From the NCBI RefSeq assembly GCF_006345805.1, contig NC_043005.1, forward strand, positions 76,632,001-76,696,000: a stretch of 64,000 bases of DNA, written 5' to 3'. Positions 38,745 through 50,420 of the stretch are shown piece after piece. The position numbers and the translations under genes were made by a program. The notes beneath the pieces are model-generated. The model worked only from the letters and a program-made list of their open reading frames with translations, ran no database searches and was not told where the DNA came from. This DNA is from Octopus sinensis (lineage: Eukaryota). Positions within the stretch are counted from its first letter, which is position 1, and the number at the start of each line of letters is the position of its first letter.

Positions 38745-39644
38745 AATAAAAAAAAATATATATATATGCAAATATATATACAATGATGGGTGGAAAACTA
38801 GATAGCGAGGGAGAGATATATAAACAGATAGATATAGGTAGTTAGAGATATTTAATATAGATACTGATAATATCTGATTATATTAAAAGACGCCGTCATT
38901 CTCTCCAGAGAATGGAGTATGTAAATGAATTATTCATTCCATTTTTACAGTAGTATTATTGTATCATTGGATATATTGTTAACTTCACTAGTGTATCCTG
39001 CTTTAATATGCTAATAAGACGCTGCACTTATTTTTATATTTCTATCTACATCACTAGCTGTATACAGCCATTAATGAACACAAAATATACAAAAATACGG
39101 CAAAATAAATCAAAATAAATATACTAACAGTCGTGTTAGCATCAGTGCTGGTTATATTTTGTTTATTTGACAACAAAATGATAATTTGAAACAAAATTAT
39201 CGATTTGTTATCTAATAAATGCAACATAATAATTAAACAACAGAATTGCTTTCTTAATTATGTTCAATGGTATTTAATAAAATCACCAATATTTACAATT
39301 TTTTTTTTTTGCGCCGATGAAATTTGTATTCTCGTTCATTTGCAGTTCTTCCAGCAGTATTTCAAAACTGAAGTTCGGGTTCCGGAATATTTAATGTCAT
39401 CCGTCGTGTTTCTGTCATGAAAACAATGCATTTAGTCTCTGTAACCATCGATTCTCCTACTTCTTTTTCCGTTTAATCCGCATCTCTCCCCCTCTCTTCC
39501 TCCTCCTCCTTCTTCTCCTCCTTCTCCTCTCTCTCCGCATCTCCGCATATACGTGTATATATATATATGTATATATACAAATATATGTATGTATTACATA
39601 TATATATGTATATAAATATATATATATACATACATATGCGTATA

Positions 39645-39677
<33 letters not shown>

Positions 39678-40779
39678 GCATATATACATATATATACATA
39701 TATATATATATACATATATATGTATATATACATAAATATACATATATAAATATATACATATATATATGCATATATACATATGTAAATGTATATATACATA
39801 TATATATATGTATGTATATATACATATGCATATATATAAGCATAAATACATATATTCATATATATATGCATATATATATATACATTTATATATCTCTTAT
39901 TATAAAAGGCAGATTTTATCTGCCTCCCTTTGGGAGTTATAGAAATCTACAATATAGGATTTCTTCAATTACAATTTACCTAGCATTTTTAAGAGTAGAA
40001 TGCATCGCGTCATGCCAGGTCCAGTTTATAAAATTTAAACTCCAATTAAGCAAAATTTACAGAAAACTCACATTCTGGTGTGTGTGTCAAATGCTTTTCT
40101 TAGTCTGGTTTACACCACACGCAAACGCACACACACAGTGTGCAACGAATAAAATGAAAGTAAATAGCGACAGAGTGATTTGAGGAAGACTAAACTGAAA
40201 GTATTTAAACCACTACCCAAAAAATAAAAAAAACACAGCAAACAGAAACAAATAAATACATAACCATTTACTCCTCACACAATTTCTTCAATTAGAATTT
40301 ACCTAAGATTTTTCAAAGTACTCCATTCGCTCATGCCATAATATATTTCTTTCAATTTCACCCCCAATTAACACAAAATTCGAGAAAACTCAATATTTTA
40401 ACATTTCACTCCGAAAGCATTGATGTACATGTGTGCGTGCGTGAGTGTGTGTGTGTCATTCCTCACACACACGCATACACATACATATACAACTACATAC
40501 AACTACATACACATACAACTACATACAAACACGTGTGTGTTTGTTATTAAAAAAGGCGCCAAAATACAACTCACTTATCATTCCAACATATTTGCAAAGA
40601 CACACGGACGGACAGAAAAGGTAAATTGGTTTTTATTTTACTCTGTATATATTTTATTATATAATATTATATATAGATATATGTATATATAATTGCAGTA
40701 TGAAACAGTGTTTATGTATAAACAGACGACACTTATATATAGTTATTATTATAAGAGATTAATAAATGTATGCATCCGT

Positions 40780-41080
40780 TTAACCCTTTCGTTACCAAGC
40801 CGCCCGAATTTACCTATTCATATTTAAATGAGAATATCAGAGAAAATCTCTTTAGTACATTCGTGAAAACACGTATTATACTTCGTAAACACTTCAACTA
40901 CAGTTTTGTACAAAAATCGAAGTGTAATTTTAATTCCGTGAATTATGGGAGATTTTTTTCCGAAATTTGTTCCTATTGTGTTTTCAAAATTTGTAATTCT
41001 GACAAAAAATGGATACGAATTTCATTATATCAAGCAGCGAGTCAGAATTCGAAGGATTTTCTACTGAAGACCTTCATAAA
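40780..41080 (+). mobile_element. Possible piggyBac-like left end
   Basis: TTAA followed by CCCTTTCGTTACC; no matching right end found. Confidence 0.3.
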
Positions 41081-41108
41081 TCTAACTCTATGACTGAAAA
41101 AAAAAAAG

Positions 41109-41505
41109 CATCTTTATATAAGAGTGAAGTTGTGTGTCTGTCTCCTACGATTTAAATTCCTAACTACTCCCACATTTTGCGGTGCAGTTTAACCAAAAGC
41201 GGCTATCTTATAGTCGTGATTCATATCGAGCCCTTCTGGGTATTAGCGTGCGTCTACGATGAGTCTACGATTTAAAAAAATTTACCATCATATTTTTCCA
41301 TTTTAATGCATTTTTTTCGCTTTTATATAAGGGAAGTAACTCTCTAAAAATATCTACGATGTGTCAACGATTTAAAAAAAAATTTACCTTAATTTTTTTT
41401 CAATTTTTAATGCATTTTTTGCTATTTTTTGGCTATAACTCTCTAAAAATGCTTATATAGTTATTTCCCTTACAAACCCGAGCAACGCCGGGCGATATTG
41501 CTAGT
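41109..41505 (-). mobile_element. Helentron/HINE-like element
   Basis: Ends CCCGAGCAACGCCGGGCGATATTGCTAGT, the reverse complement of the 31811 start. Confidence 0.6.
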
Positions 41506-41583
41506 ACATATATAATATATGCACATGTATATATACATATATATGTATATATACATATACATATACGTATATATATATATATA

Positions 41584-41754
41584 GGCGCAGGAGTGGCTGT
41601 GTGGTAAGTAGCTTGCTTACCAACCACATGGTTCCGGGTTCAGTCCCACTGCGTGGCACCTTGGTCAAGTGTCTTCTGCTATAGCCTCGGGCCGACCAAC
41701 GCCTTGTGGGTGGATTTGGTAGAGGGAAACTGAAAGAAGCCTGTCGTATATATG

Positions 41755-41785
<31 letters not shown>

Positions 41786-42005
41786 GTGTGTATATGTTTG
41801 TGTGTCTGTGTTTGTCCCCCAAGCATTGCTTGACAACCGATGCTGGTGCGTTTACGTCCCCGTCACTTAGCGGTTCGGCAAAAGAGACCGATAGAATAAG
41901 TACTGGGCTTACAAAGAATAAGTCCCGGGGACGATTTGCTCGACTAAAGGCGGTGCTCCAGCATGGCCGCATTCAAATGACTGAAACAAGTAAAAGAGTA
42001 AAAGA

Positions 42006-42006
<1 letters not shown>
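41584..42006 (+). mobile_element. SINE family A (best-preserved copy)
   Basis: A-box TGGCTGTGTGG, B-box GGGTTCAGTCCC, internal microsatellite and LINE-like tail. Confidence 0.9.
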
Positions 42007-42055
<49 letters not shown>

Positions 42056-42123
42056 CAAAATGAGATAACAAAGCCAAGGCAGTGGAAAGTTTTCGAGACA
42101 TTTATAAGGAATAGGATATAGAT

Positions 42124-42176
42124 ATCGTCTAACAGCCGTTTCTGAATATTATAGATATCCCTTGATCACAAACGAT
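42124..42176 (-). ncRNA. Hammerhead-like motif, G3-C8 variant, partly decayed
   Basis: AUCGUUU-GUGAUCA-ag-GGAUAU-cuaua-AUAUUC-a-GAA-ACGGCUGU-U-AGACGAU. Stem I is 7 bp; the base of stem II is mismatched. Confidence 0.5.
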
Positions 42177-42699
42177 GTGAGATGGTTAAATAGAGGTAAT
42201 TTTTTGAGTTCAAAATAAGGAATTATTATGAAAAAACTGTGTGGTGTGGAATATAGAGGGAAATTAGAGAATAAAAATAGAAATAGAATATAAAATATAT
42301 CCGTTGCATTTCCATTATCCAAGTAAAGTGGTATATAGAAGAGGCAAAAATGTTTCCTGCACAATGGTATGTCAGATCCGATAGTAGTTCGTGTTTAGTC
42401 ATTTCAAAGTATGGCGTCATGGATTCTGTGTTGCCCATTCGAATATATATATATATATTACGGAGATATACTTGCATAGCAAGTGGCCTGATCTGAGAAC
42501 GTGTGTTGGAACGGAAACAATTGCAGCGTGGAAGGTGTTTATAAGCCATTTAAGAAACACACAAAAGCCGTTAAATTCACTTGAACATTTAAATTTAATT
42601 TGTCAAAATATTTTCGTTGCTTTGAGACCGCGACCTGTTCACTGAGAAAATTCCGTGCTGCACGGAATTTTGTCAGTGTTATATGTATGTATATCCCTC

Positions 42700-42730
<31 letters not shown>

Positions 42731-42749
42731 GGCGGGCTGGCCATATCGG

Positions 42750-42811
42750 AGCAATCTCAAGATTAATCAGCCGAAATTGCTAAGATGATCTGGTTCTTGA
42801 CTGATGACTGA
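42750..42811 (+). ncRNA. Non-circularly permuted hammerhead ribozyme candidate (copy 1)
   Basis: AGCAAU-C-UCAAGA-uuaa-UCAG-CC-GAA-AUUGCU-13 nt-UCUUGA-CUGAUGA-CUGA. Stems III and I are 6 bp each, and the core is perfect. Confidence 0.72.
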
Positions 42812-43525
42812 GGGCTTCGAATGTCCCGTCCTGTGGTTCTTGTGTCGTCTCTGTGTTGTTTCATGTTCTTGTCCATGTCTGTAATTATTTTTACTGTTTA
42901 CCTATATAATCGGCGGCTACGTATCCACAATTGTCCTTATACGATAAGTATATTTTTTCTCTAGCATTGATACGACTCTTAATCTGTCTCTTTTTCTCTC
43001 TCTCTCTCCTCCCTTATTCCCCTTCCTTTCTTTCCCTCTCCATCCATCTCCCCCCCCTTCTACGTTTCTCTATCTCTCTCACCTCCAGCCCCCTCGATCT
43101 GTCTCTTTCTTCTCCTCCCTCGTCCACTTTCTCTCTCTTTTCATCTGTCCCTTTCTCCTGTCTTTTGTTCTCACGTGACTGCTAGCCGCTGTTGAGCGCT
43201 CTTTTCGTTTTCAGCAGCCGCAGAAGCAACACGTATTTGTTCGTCTCCCCGTGGCCATTAGGCACAACTTCACAAGCCAGCCCCATACTCAACTCGTCCT
43301 GTCGAAAGACCCTTGTCCTACGTCCTGGTTTTGTTTTGTTGTTTATTTTTTATTTTTACCGTTATTGTTTTTACGTTTTTGTATTCTTATTGGTGTCACG
43401 TATTCTGTATTTTTGTTTGTGTACTTCGTTCGTTTTCCGTCCTTTCGTTGTATACATTCGAAGCTTTCTTCCAGGGGATCTAATGCGCTTGGCTTAGATT
43501 TCCCTTGGCGGGCTGGCCATATCGG

Positions 43526-43587
43526 AGCAATCTCAAGATTAATCAGCCGAAATTGCTAAGATGATCTGGTTCTTGACTGATGACTGA
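43526..43587 (+). ncRNA. Non-circularly permuted hammerhead ribozyme candidate (copy 2)
   Basis: Identical to 42750-42811. Confidence 0.72.
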
Positions 43588-43676
43588 GGGCTTCGAATGT
43601 CCCGTCCTGTGGTTCTTGTGTCGTCTCTGTGTTGTTTCATGTTCTTGTCCATGTCTGTAATTATTTTTACTGTTTA

Positions 43677-43714
<38 letters not shown>

Positions 43715-43756
43715 CATACCCGTGCACACTAACACACACACACACACACATATATA

Positions 43757-44340
43757 ATTAATTAAAACATGTAGAAGAAAGACAACAAGAAAAAACAATA
43801 ACGCGAGGACCTAGTACATGGAAAGTATTAATGAGACACTCAGAGAAGGAAAGAACGAGTGGGTGTTTTACGTTACGAGCAAAGCTTTCTGCGGAAACAT
43901 GAGACATAAGAAAGGAGGAAGGAGGAAAACAATCGCCAACAGTCCACGTTAGTTACAGTTTTGAAATAACAGAACGTAGATGGACAAAAGGAAAGCGCTT
44001 TCTGGGACAGAAGTGTTTGAAGAATGGTTGATATCTGTGTGTGTGTGGGCGTGGCGTGATAGCCTGTGTGTGCATAGTAACGTGTGTATGCGGCAGTAAC
44101 TGTGTACGTGAGTGAATGTGTGTGTGCGTGGTGGCATGTGATTGTGGTGGCATGTGTGCGTGTGGCGGTGGTGAGATGTGTTGGTATGTGGTGCTGTGTG
44201 TGTGTGACAATAACAGTGTATGTGTGTGCATGTTAGCGTGTGTGTGTGTGTGTGTGTGGTTGTAACTCTGTGTGTGTGTGAGTGGGCGGGTATTAACATT
44301 TTACATGTGTTTGTGTGAGTGGTCTGTGTATGTCTGTTAA
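43757..44340 (-). mobile_element. PLE 3'-end remnant related to 24933-25600, with a decayed HHR-like motif at 43865-43898
   Basis: GUUU-CCGCAGA-AAGC-UUU-GCUC-GUA-ACGU-A-AAAC. Stem I covaries (GUUU/AAAC vs CUUU/AAAG). Confidence 0.5.
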
Positions 44341-44632
44341 GGTCATAGTGAGAGATTAGAAGTTATGGTGACAAGTATATATATATGGGTGGTTGTGGCA
44401 ATGTGTGCGCGTATGTGTATTTTTGCGCGTGCGCAAAATGGGATGGTCAGTAGTGAGTCGGGACAGTTTGAAGGGTGTGTCAATGAGTGGGTGTGGTGGA
44501 GTGTAGGTGCGTTGTCTGAAGGGTGTGTGAATGGTGTGAGTGTGTGTATGGGTGAGGGTGGTTGTGTGTGTGCGTGGACACATCTATATCTCTCTACGTA
44601 CCGATCTCCTTGTCTCTCAGTGTATATATATG

Positions 44633-44663
<31 letters not shown>

Positions 44664-45175
44664 TTGTGTGTTCATGTGTGTATGGATGTATGTGTATCGT
44701 AGATATATTCATACAATCATACATACATGTATATATGCACGTATTATATAATAAATCTAACGTGATATTACAATTTATGCTGTGTAAAGTGATAAAGTGT
44801 TGAGTATCAAGTTTTAGCAAGCCAAACAATTCTCTCGCTTGTGTATGAAGTAATAAATTCTGTAGCAAGAAGCAATTGCATGAATAAATTAGTAATGAAG
44901 CAACTTTGTGGCAAGAAAAATCAATGTATTGTCTTTATTTGATCATAGGATGTTAGTTGATAAAGAGTTACCAGCTCTTTTGGCGTTTTCTCAGGAAATG
45001 CAGTATCTATTGTTTTCCATAGACACGAGATTTCTTTCTACATATTGTAAAACACATTGAACTGTTTAGAAAACAAGATAACCTGCTTAAAAAGACAAAG
45101 GGATATCGGCATCAGATTTGAACTCCATATTTCCCCGGTCATAAACTCGGCTTTAATTTGTCTACCAAATTTAAA

Positions 45176-45631
45176 TGCGTAGGAGTGTCTATGTGGTAGG
45201 TAGCTTGTTTACGAACCACATGGCTCCGAGTTTAGTCCCACTTCGTGGCATCTTGGGTAAGAATCTTCTACTATAGCCTTGTGAGTTTGATAGACGAAAA
45301 CTAAAAGAAGCCCGTTGTATATATATATTTAATGTAGGATAAATTTTTTTTCAAAAAAAATTTTATCAATGGCCAGCATATTAAAAAATACCCTTAAAGG
45401 TTAAATTTATAAACAACTTATAAATAAGGGCAAACGAAAAAATTTCTAATGCCAAATATGCCGAAATTAGACACCTTGTCCATAACCATATAATTTTTCA
45501 CAATACGCACGCTACTCAAAAAAGGTCGACAGAAATTTCTAAAAAATTCCATTATTACCATATCGGACCGATTTCAGGGTTAGTTCATAAGAACCCTCCC
45601 TTCGTCAGTAATAAATGTGGCAAAGAAATAA

Positions 45632-45677
<46 letters not shown>

Positions 45678-45862
45678 GTATGTGTGTGTATATGTTTGTG
45701 TGTCTGTGTTTGTTCCCCAACATTGCTTGACAACCGATTCTGGTGTGTTTACGTCTCCGTAACTTAGTGGTTTGCTAAAAGAAACCGATAGAACTACTAG
45801 GCCTACAAAGAATAAGTCCTGGGGTCGATTTGCTCGACAGTCACAAGACTGAAACAAGAAGT
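45176..45862 (+). mobile_element. SINE family A interrupted by a nested insertion (about 45325-45640)
   Basis: Head at 45176-45320 and tail at 45670-45862 flank unrelated sequence. Confidence 0.75.
45555..45614 (-). ncRNA. Type I hammerhead ribozyme with canonical core
   Basis: UUAUUA-CUGACGA-AGGG..GUUC/GAAC..CCCU-GAA-AUCGG.U.CCGAU-A-UGGUAA. Stem III is palindromic; stem I has two G-U pairs. Confidence 0.75.
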
Positions 45863-45974
45863 GCAATTTGAACTAACTATGAATTATGGTTATTTTTGTT
45901 TTACATTTGGTACGACCCTCAAAAGTGCGCATGCGTGTGTGTAGGAATGTCTGCAGATTTTATCTTTTTCTTGT

Positions 45975-46140
45975 TTCGGTAAGTTACTTCATGGACATTC
46001 TCCTGAAGCCATACTTAAAACACAGCAAAACTTACATCAGAGATGATTTGGTCATGTTTAACCACCTGTCAGAACAGATCGAGGAAGAATACATTCATGG
46101 TTACATTCGATGTCATCAACTTATATACCACATCGCCTTG
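45975..46140 (+). pseudogene. PLE RT fragment
   Basis: MDILLKPYLKHSKTYIRDDL..NHL..FDVINLYTT, homologous to the RT at about 17800-17950. Confidence 0.75.
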
Positions 46141-46211
46141 AAGAAATTTCAACCCAAGGCCTTTTTTTCAGCCTGGTCTTTATTCTTTTAATCTCTATTG
46201 CCGTACTAAGT

Positions 46212-46445
46212 TACGAGGGCGTTAACACACCAGCCCCGGTTCTCGAGCCGTGATGGGGATACAGACACAAACACACACCCAGACACACACATATACGACG
46301 TTGCTCCTTTTGGTTTTTGTCTATCAAATACACTGACAAATCTTTGGTCGGTCCGAGGATCTAGTAGAAGACACTTGTGCAAGGTGCCATGTATGGAACT
46401 GAACACAGAACCATCGGGAAACAAGCTTCTTACCACACAATCGCT
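46212..46445 (-). mobile_element. SINE family A (diverged)
   Basis: Reverse-complement match to the family A body. Confidence 0.65.
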
Positions 46446-46494
46446 GTAGATATATATATATACAGTGTGTATATATATGTATATATATAGTGTA

Positions 46495-46540
<46 letters not shown>

Positions 46541-46541
46541 A

Positions 46542-46585
<44 letters not shown>

Positions 46586-47079
46586 ATGTATGTATATATT
46601 GTTGACCAGTTTTATTCATATCGTAGTTTACAAATCCAAGCATGAAAACGTTACTCAACTTTGGAGTTTTGGAGATAGACGCCCCCTCCATATACACACA
46701 CACATACATTTAATGAAGAAACAGAATAAACAGTAAGATGATATATGTTGACTTTATTAGATATTTCTGTTTATTTAGAAACCTACAATGAACAGGTCAT
46801 GTCACTGATGCTAAACTATAAATTTCACAGAGTACAACCTTAATGTTGACACCGCTCCGCTAAACGCAGAAAACACCTGTATCGCTATTGGCTATAAATA
46901 TACAGTTTTCCCAATTTTTAAATCTCAATAACTTTTTCCTCCAATGTTTTCTCTCCACGTCATACCTTCATAGCAACGAGCCTGGAAGACTACATTATTA
47001 TAGCCGATTTTCATATTTTTTACTTCCTTTTAAAAAGTGCATATTTTGGGAATGAAAAAAAATTAGATCCGACTGAAGT

Positions 47080-47485
47080 CCTGCAATTCTAGAGGAAGAG
47101 ATAAGTTAATAATAACGATCTCACTGCTCAACTGGTACTTATTTTGTCGACCACCAAAAGGCATAGTCGACTACGGTGGTATTTGAACTCAGGACGTAAA
47201 GCCGGAAGAAATGTCGTCACACATTTTGTCTGGCGTGATTACGGTTCTGCCATCTCTCCATCCATCTCATTAACACTACGATATTAGTCTAAAATATGGT
47301 ACAGGCCAGGAATTTCAGAGGAAGGGGTTGGTCGATTGCACCGGCTGCACAGCTGTTACTTGTCTTATCGATACTGAAAGGCAGAATCGAACTTATTGGC
47401 ATCTGAAATCAGAACGTAAAGCTGGAAGAAATGCCGCTATTCATAGTGTTCGGCGTCGTAACGATACTTTCTGCTCACCACCTTA
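47080..47485 (-). mobile_element. Two diverged SINE family B copies
   Basis: ACTGGTACTTATTTT..TTTGAACTCAG.ACGTAAAG..GAAGAAATG occurs twice. Confidence 0.65.
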
Positions 47486-47723
47486 GTTGCAATTTCCAAA
47501 TTAAACAAAGAACACAATGGATAATGTTGTCCCTGACACAAGTGCCCTCAAAATCTTATTGAGCATAGCTGAAGTGTCTTTGAGCATAGATCTACTCGAT
47601 GACGGTCGACTTGGATATAATCGATAACAGCAACGACGAATGCAATGACAGCACCACTACAGCAACATCAAGATAAAAGATAATACGCTAATTTGAATTA
47701 TGTTTCAGTGTCTATGGTACGCT

Positions 47724-47980
47724 GTGGAGGCGCGTGGCTTAGTGATTAGGGTGTCAGCATTATGATCATAAGATTGTGGTTTCGATTCCTGGACCGGGCA
47801 ACGCGTTGTGTTCTTGAGCAAAACACTTCATTTCATGTTGCTACAGTGGACTCAGCTGGCAAAAATGAGTAACGCCGCGATGGACTGGCGTCCAATCCAA
47901 CTGGGGAACACATGCCATAGAAACCGGGAAACCGGGCCCAAGAACCTGGCTAAGCTTTAAAAGGGCGCATTATGTCTTTT
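47724..47980 (+). mobile_element. SINE family D with 13-bp TSD
   Basis: TCTATGGTACGCT at 47711-47723 and 47981-47993. Confidence 0.85.
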
Positions 47981-48094
47981 TCTATGGTACGCTATTCAAT
48001 TAGATAGGGGCATAACACAAACAGGACTATGGATCTGAGACCTGATTCATCGACTCGCCGAGTTAATAACTGGTACTCTGTCGGCTACAACAAC

Positions 48095-48330
48095 GTAGGT
48101 TCAGTTGATCCGATCAACGGAACAGCCTGCTCAAGAATTTAACGTGCAAGTGACTGAGCACTCTACAGACACTCGTACACATAATGTAATACTAATGGAG
48201 ATTCAGCGTGACACAGAATATGATAAGGCTGGCCCTTTGAATTGCTGGTACAACTCATTGTTGCCAGCTGAGTGAACTGGAGCAAAATGAAATAAATCAC
48301 CTTGCTTAAGGACACAAACGCGCCGCTGGA
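48095..48330 (-). mobile_element. SINE family D-type copy
   Basis: Reverse complement of the 32518 body and tail. Confidence 0.65.
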
Positions 48331-49169
48331 TATCGAACTCAGTAGCAGCTGGTATAACACTCTGTTATACGCATTGAAGCTAGGTCTCATTTCAGGATCT
48401 CTTGCTCTGGTTCAGTCCGGCCAAGTCTCAGGTGGGCGTGAGACAGAATTCCTGCAAATAATGATGAGATCCACATTCTCTCCTGTCTATAAGATAAGGA
48501 AAAAAAAATCAATGCCTAATTAGAAATAAATGATAATAGCAAATACAAATAGAGATCAGAGTGACTGAAGCATCTGCACTTGGAGTTAATTGCAATCTTG
48601 TTAGTACAAACGTGTCAAAATGTCAGCCTTTCGTGTAAACATAAATTTAATTCTTTTACTTTATCAAATTAATGATAATGAGTGTTCTAACCCACTCCTC
48701 CTCTCTGGTGAGGTGGTAGATGCCACAACCGATTAAGTGCTGCGTACCCGGGACATTGAAGGCACTTAGAGGTGGTTACACAGTTTTCTAGATATAACAG
48801 CCAATACTCTGATAATGTAATCGAAGGCACATTATGTCGCAGGGAGAATAAAACGGAATGGTTGCAATGAATCTCGAAATATTTTGATTGCCTGTCAGAA
48901 TTTAGAGAGAATTAAGGAACACCGTCGTCGTCGTCGTCGTCAACAACAACAACAACAACAACAACTACTACTGCTACTGTTACTACTACTACTGCTACTA
49001 CTACTACTGCTACTACTACTACTATTACTACTACTATTGCTATACCAGCTTGCTGCTACCCCCACTACTATTACTAATACTATCACTAGTACAAATATTG
49101 CTATTACTACTACTACTGCCGCCACTTCTGCTGCCCCTGCTGCTTTTGTTGTTAAATGAAGCAGACTTT

Positions 49170-50420
49170 AGGTGGCCTTTCGACCTGCTAAAATTAGCAG
49201 TTAAATTTCCCACGATGACTCATTGAGGCAAAATTTTTCTTTCGACATAATAAAGTACCAGTCAAATAGTGGGCTCGATCTAATCGAATTAACCCTCCTC
49301 TCAAATCTGCTTGCTTTAATACATTTTCTAAAAAGGACGGCAGACTGGCAGAATCGCTAGAGTGTCGAATAAAATGTTTTGTGGCATTTCTTCCGACCTT
49401 TCTTTCAGAGCTCCCATTCCACCGAGGTCAACTATAGTTTATCCCATCCCCTCAAAATTACCGATTTTCAGCCAAAATTAGAAAGAATTATTGCATTTTC
49501 TAACAGGGCAGTGAGCTGACAGCATCGACTGAGTTCACATAATGCGGAGGTCAACTTTAATTTTCTCCTTTCAGCCAAAATTAGAAACACTTGTTACATT
49601 TTCTACTTCAAGGTGTAATCAATCGGACAAAATTCATCCCACCGAAATCAACCTTCACTTTTCATCCTTCTAGAATCGATAAATCAAAGTACAAGTCAAG
49701 AACTAGTGTCGATGCTATTGATTTACACCTCCCCTTATATTTTTGGCCTTGTGCTCAAATCAGAAACCATTATTAGGTTTCTGATTTAAGGCGATGAATG
49801 CGGCGAGGTTGCAGAATCGTTAGCTCGCCGGACGAAATGCTTAGCGATATTTCGTCTGTTTTTTCGTTCTGAGTTCAAATCTGCCGAGGTCGACTTTGCC
49901 TTTCATCCTTTCGAGGGTCGATACATTAAGTACCAGTTGCGTACTGGGGTCAATCTAATAGACTACAACCCCTCCCCCAAAAAATTTCGGGCCTTGTGCC
50001 TAGAGTAGAAAAGAATTATATTTTCTAATTAAGGCGACGAGCTGACAGAAATGCTTAGCGGTAGTTCATCTGCCGTTACGTTCTGAGTTCAAATTCCGCC
50101 GAGGTCGACTTTGCTTTTTATCCTTTCGGGCTCGATAAACTAAGCACTAGTTACACACTGGGGTCGATGTAATCGACTTAATCCGTTTGTCTGTCCTAGT
50201 TTGTCCCCTATATGTTTAGCTCCTTGTGAGCCATAAAGAAATATGAAACGTTAACATTCTGAACAAAATACTTAGCGGCGTTTCGTCCGTCTTTACGTTT
50301 TCAGTTCAAATTCCGTTAAGGTCTATTTTGTCTTTTATTCTTTCGGAGTCTATGAAATAAGTACTAGTTGAGCACCGAAGTTGATATAATCTCGACAAAC
50401 TCCCTCCCACGAAATTTCGG
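49170..50420 (+). mobile_element. Cluster of at least five SINE family B copies/fragments
   Basis: Clear copies at about 49790-50010, 50030-50245 and 50250-50420, with older fragments upstream. Confidence 0.75.

Larger units (their letters stand above)
42731..43680 (+). mobile_element. Non-coding retrozyme-like / PLE-derived element with about 175-bp terminal direct repeats
   Basis: 42731-42908 equals 43507-43684 (period 776 bp); (TA)n on both sides; no ORF; one rearranged HHR per repeat. Confidence 0.8.

Noticed and set aside
44957-44985. UUGAUAA plus AGAG/CUCU hairpin (hammerhead 5' half)
   Set aside because: No GAAA or stem III follows.
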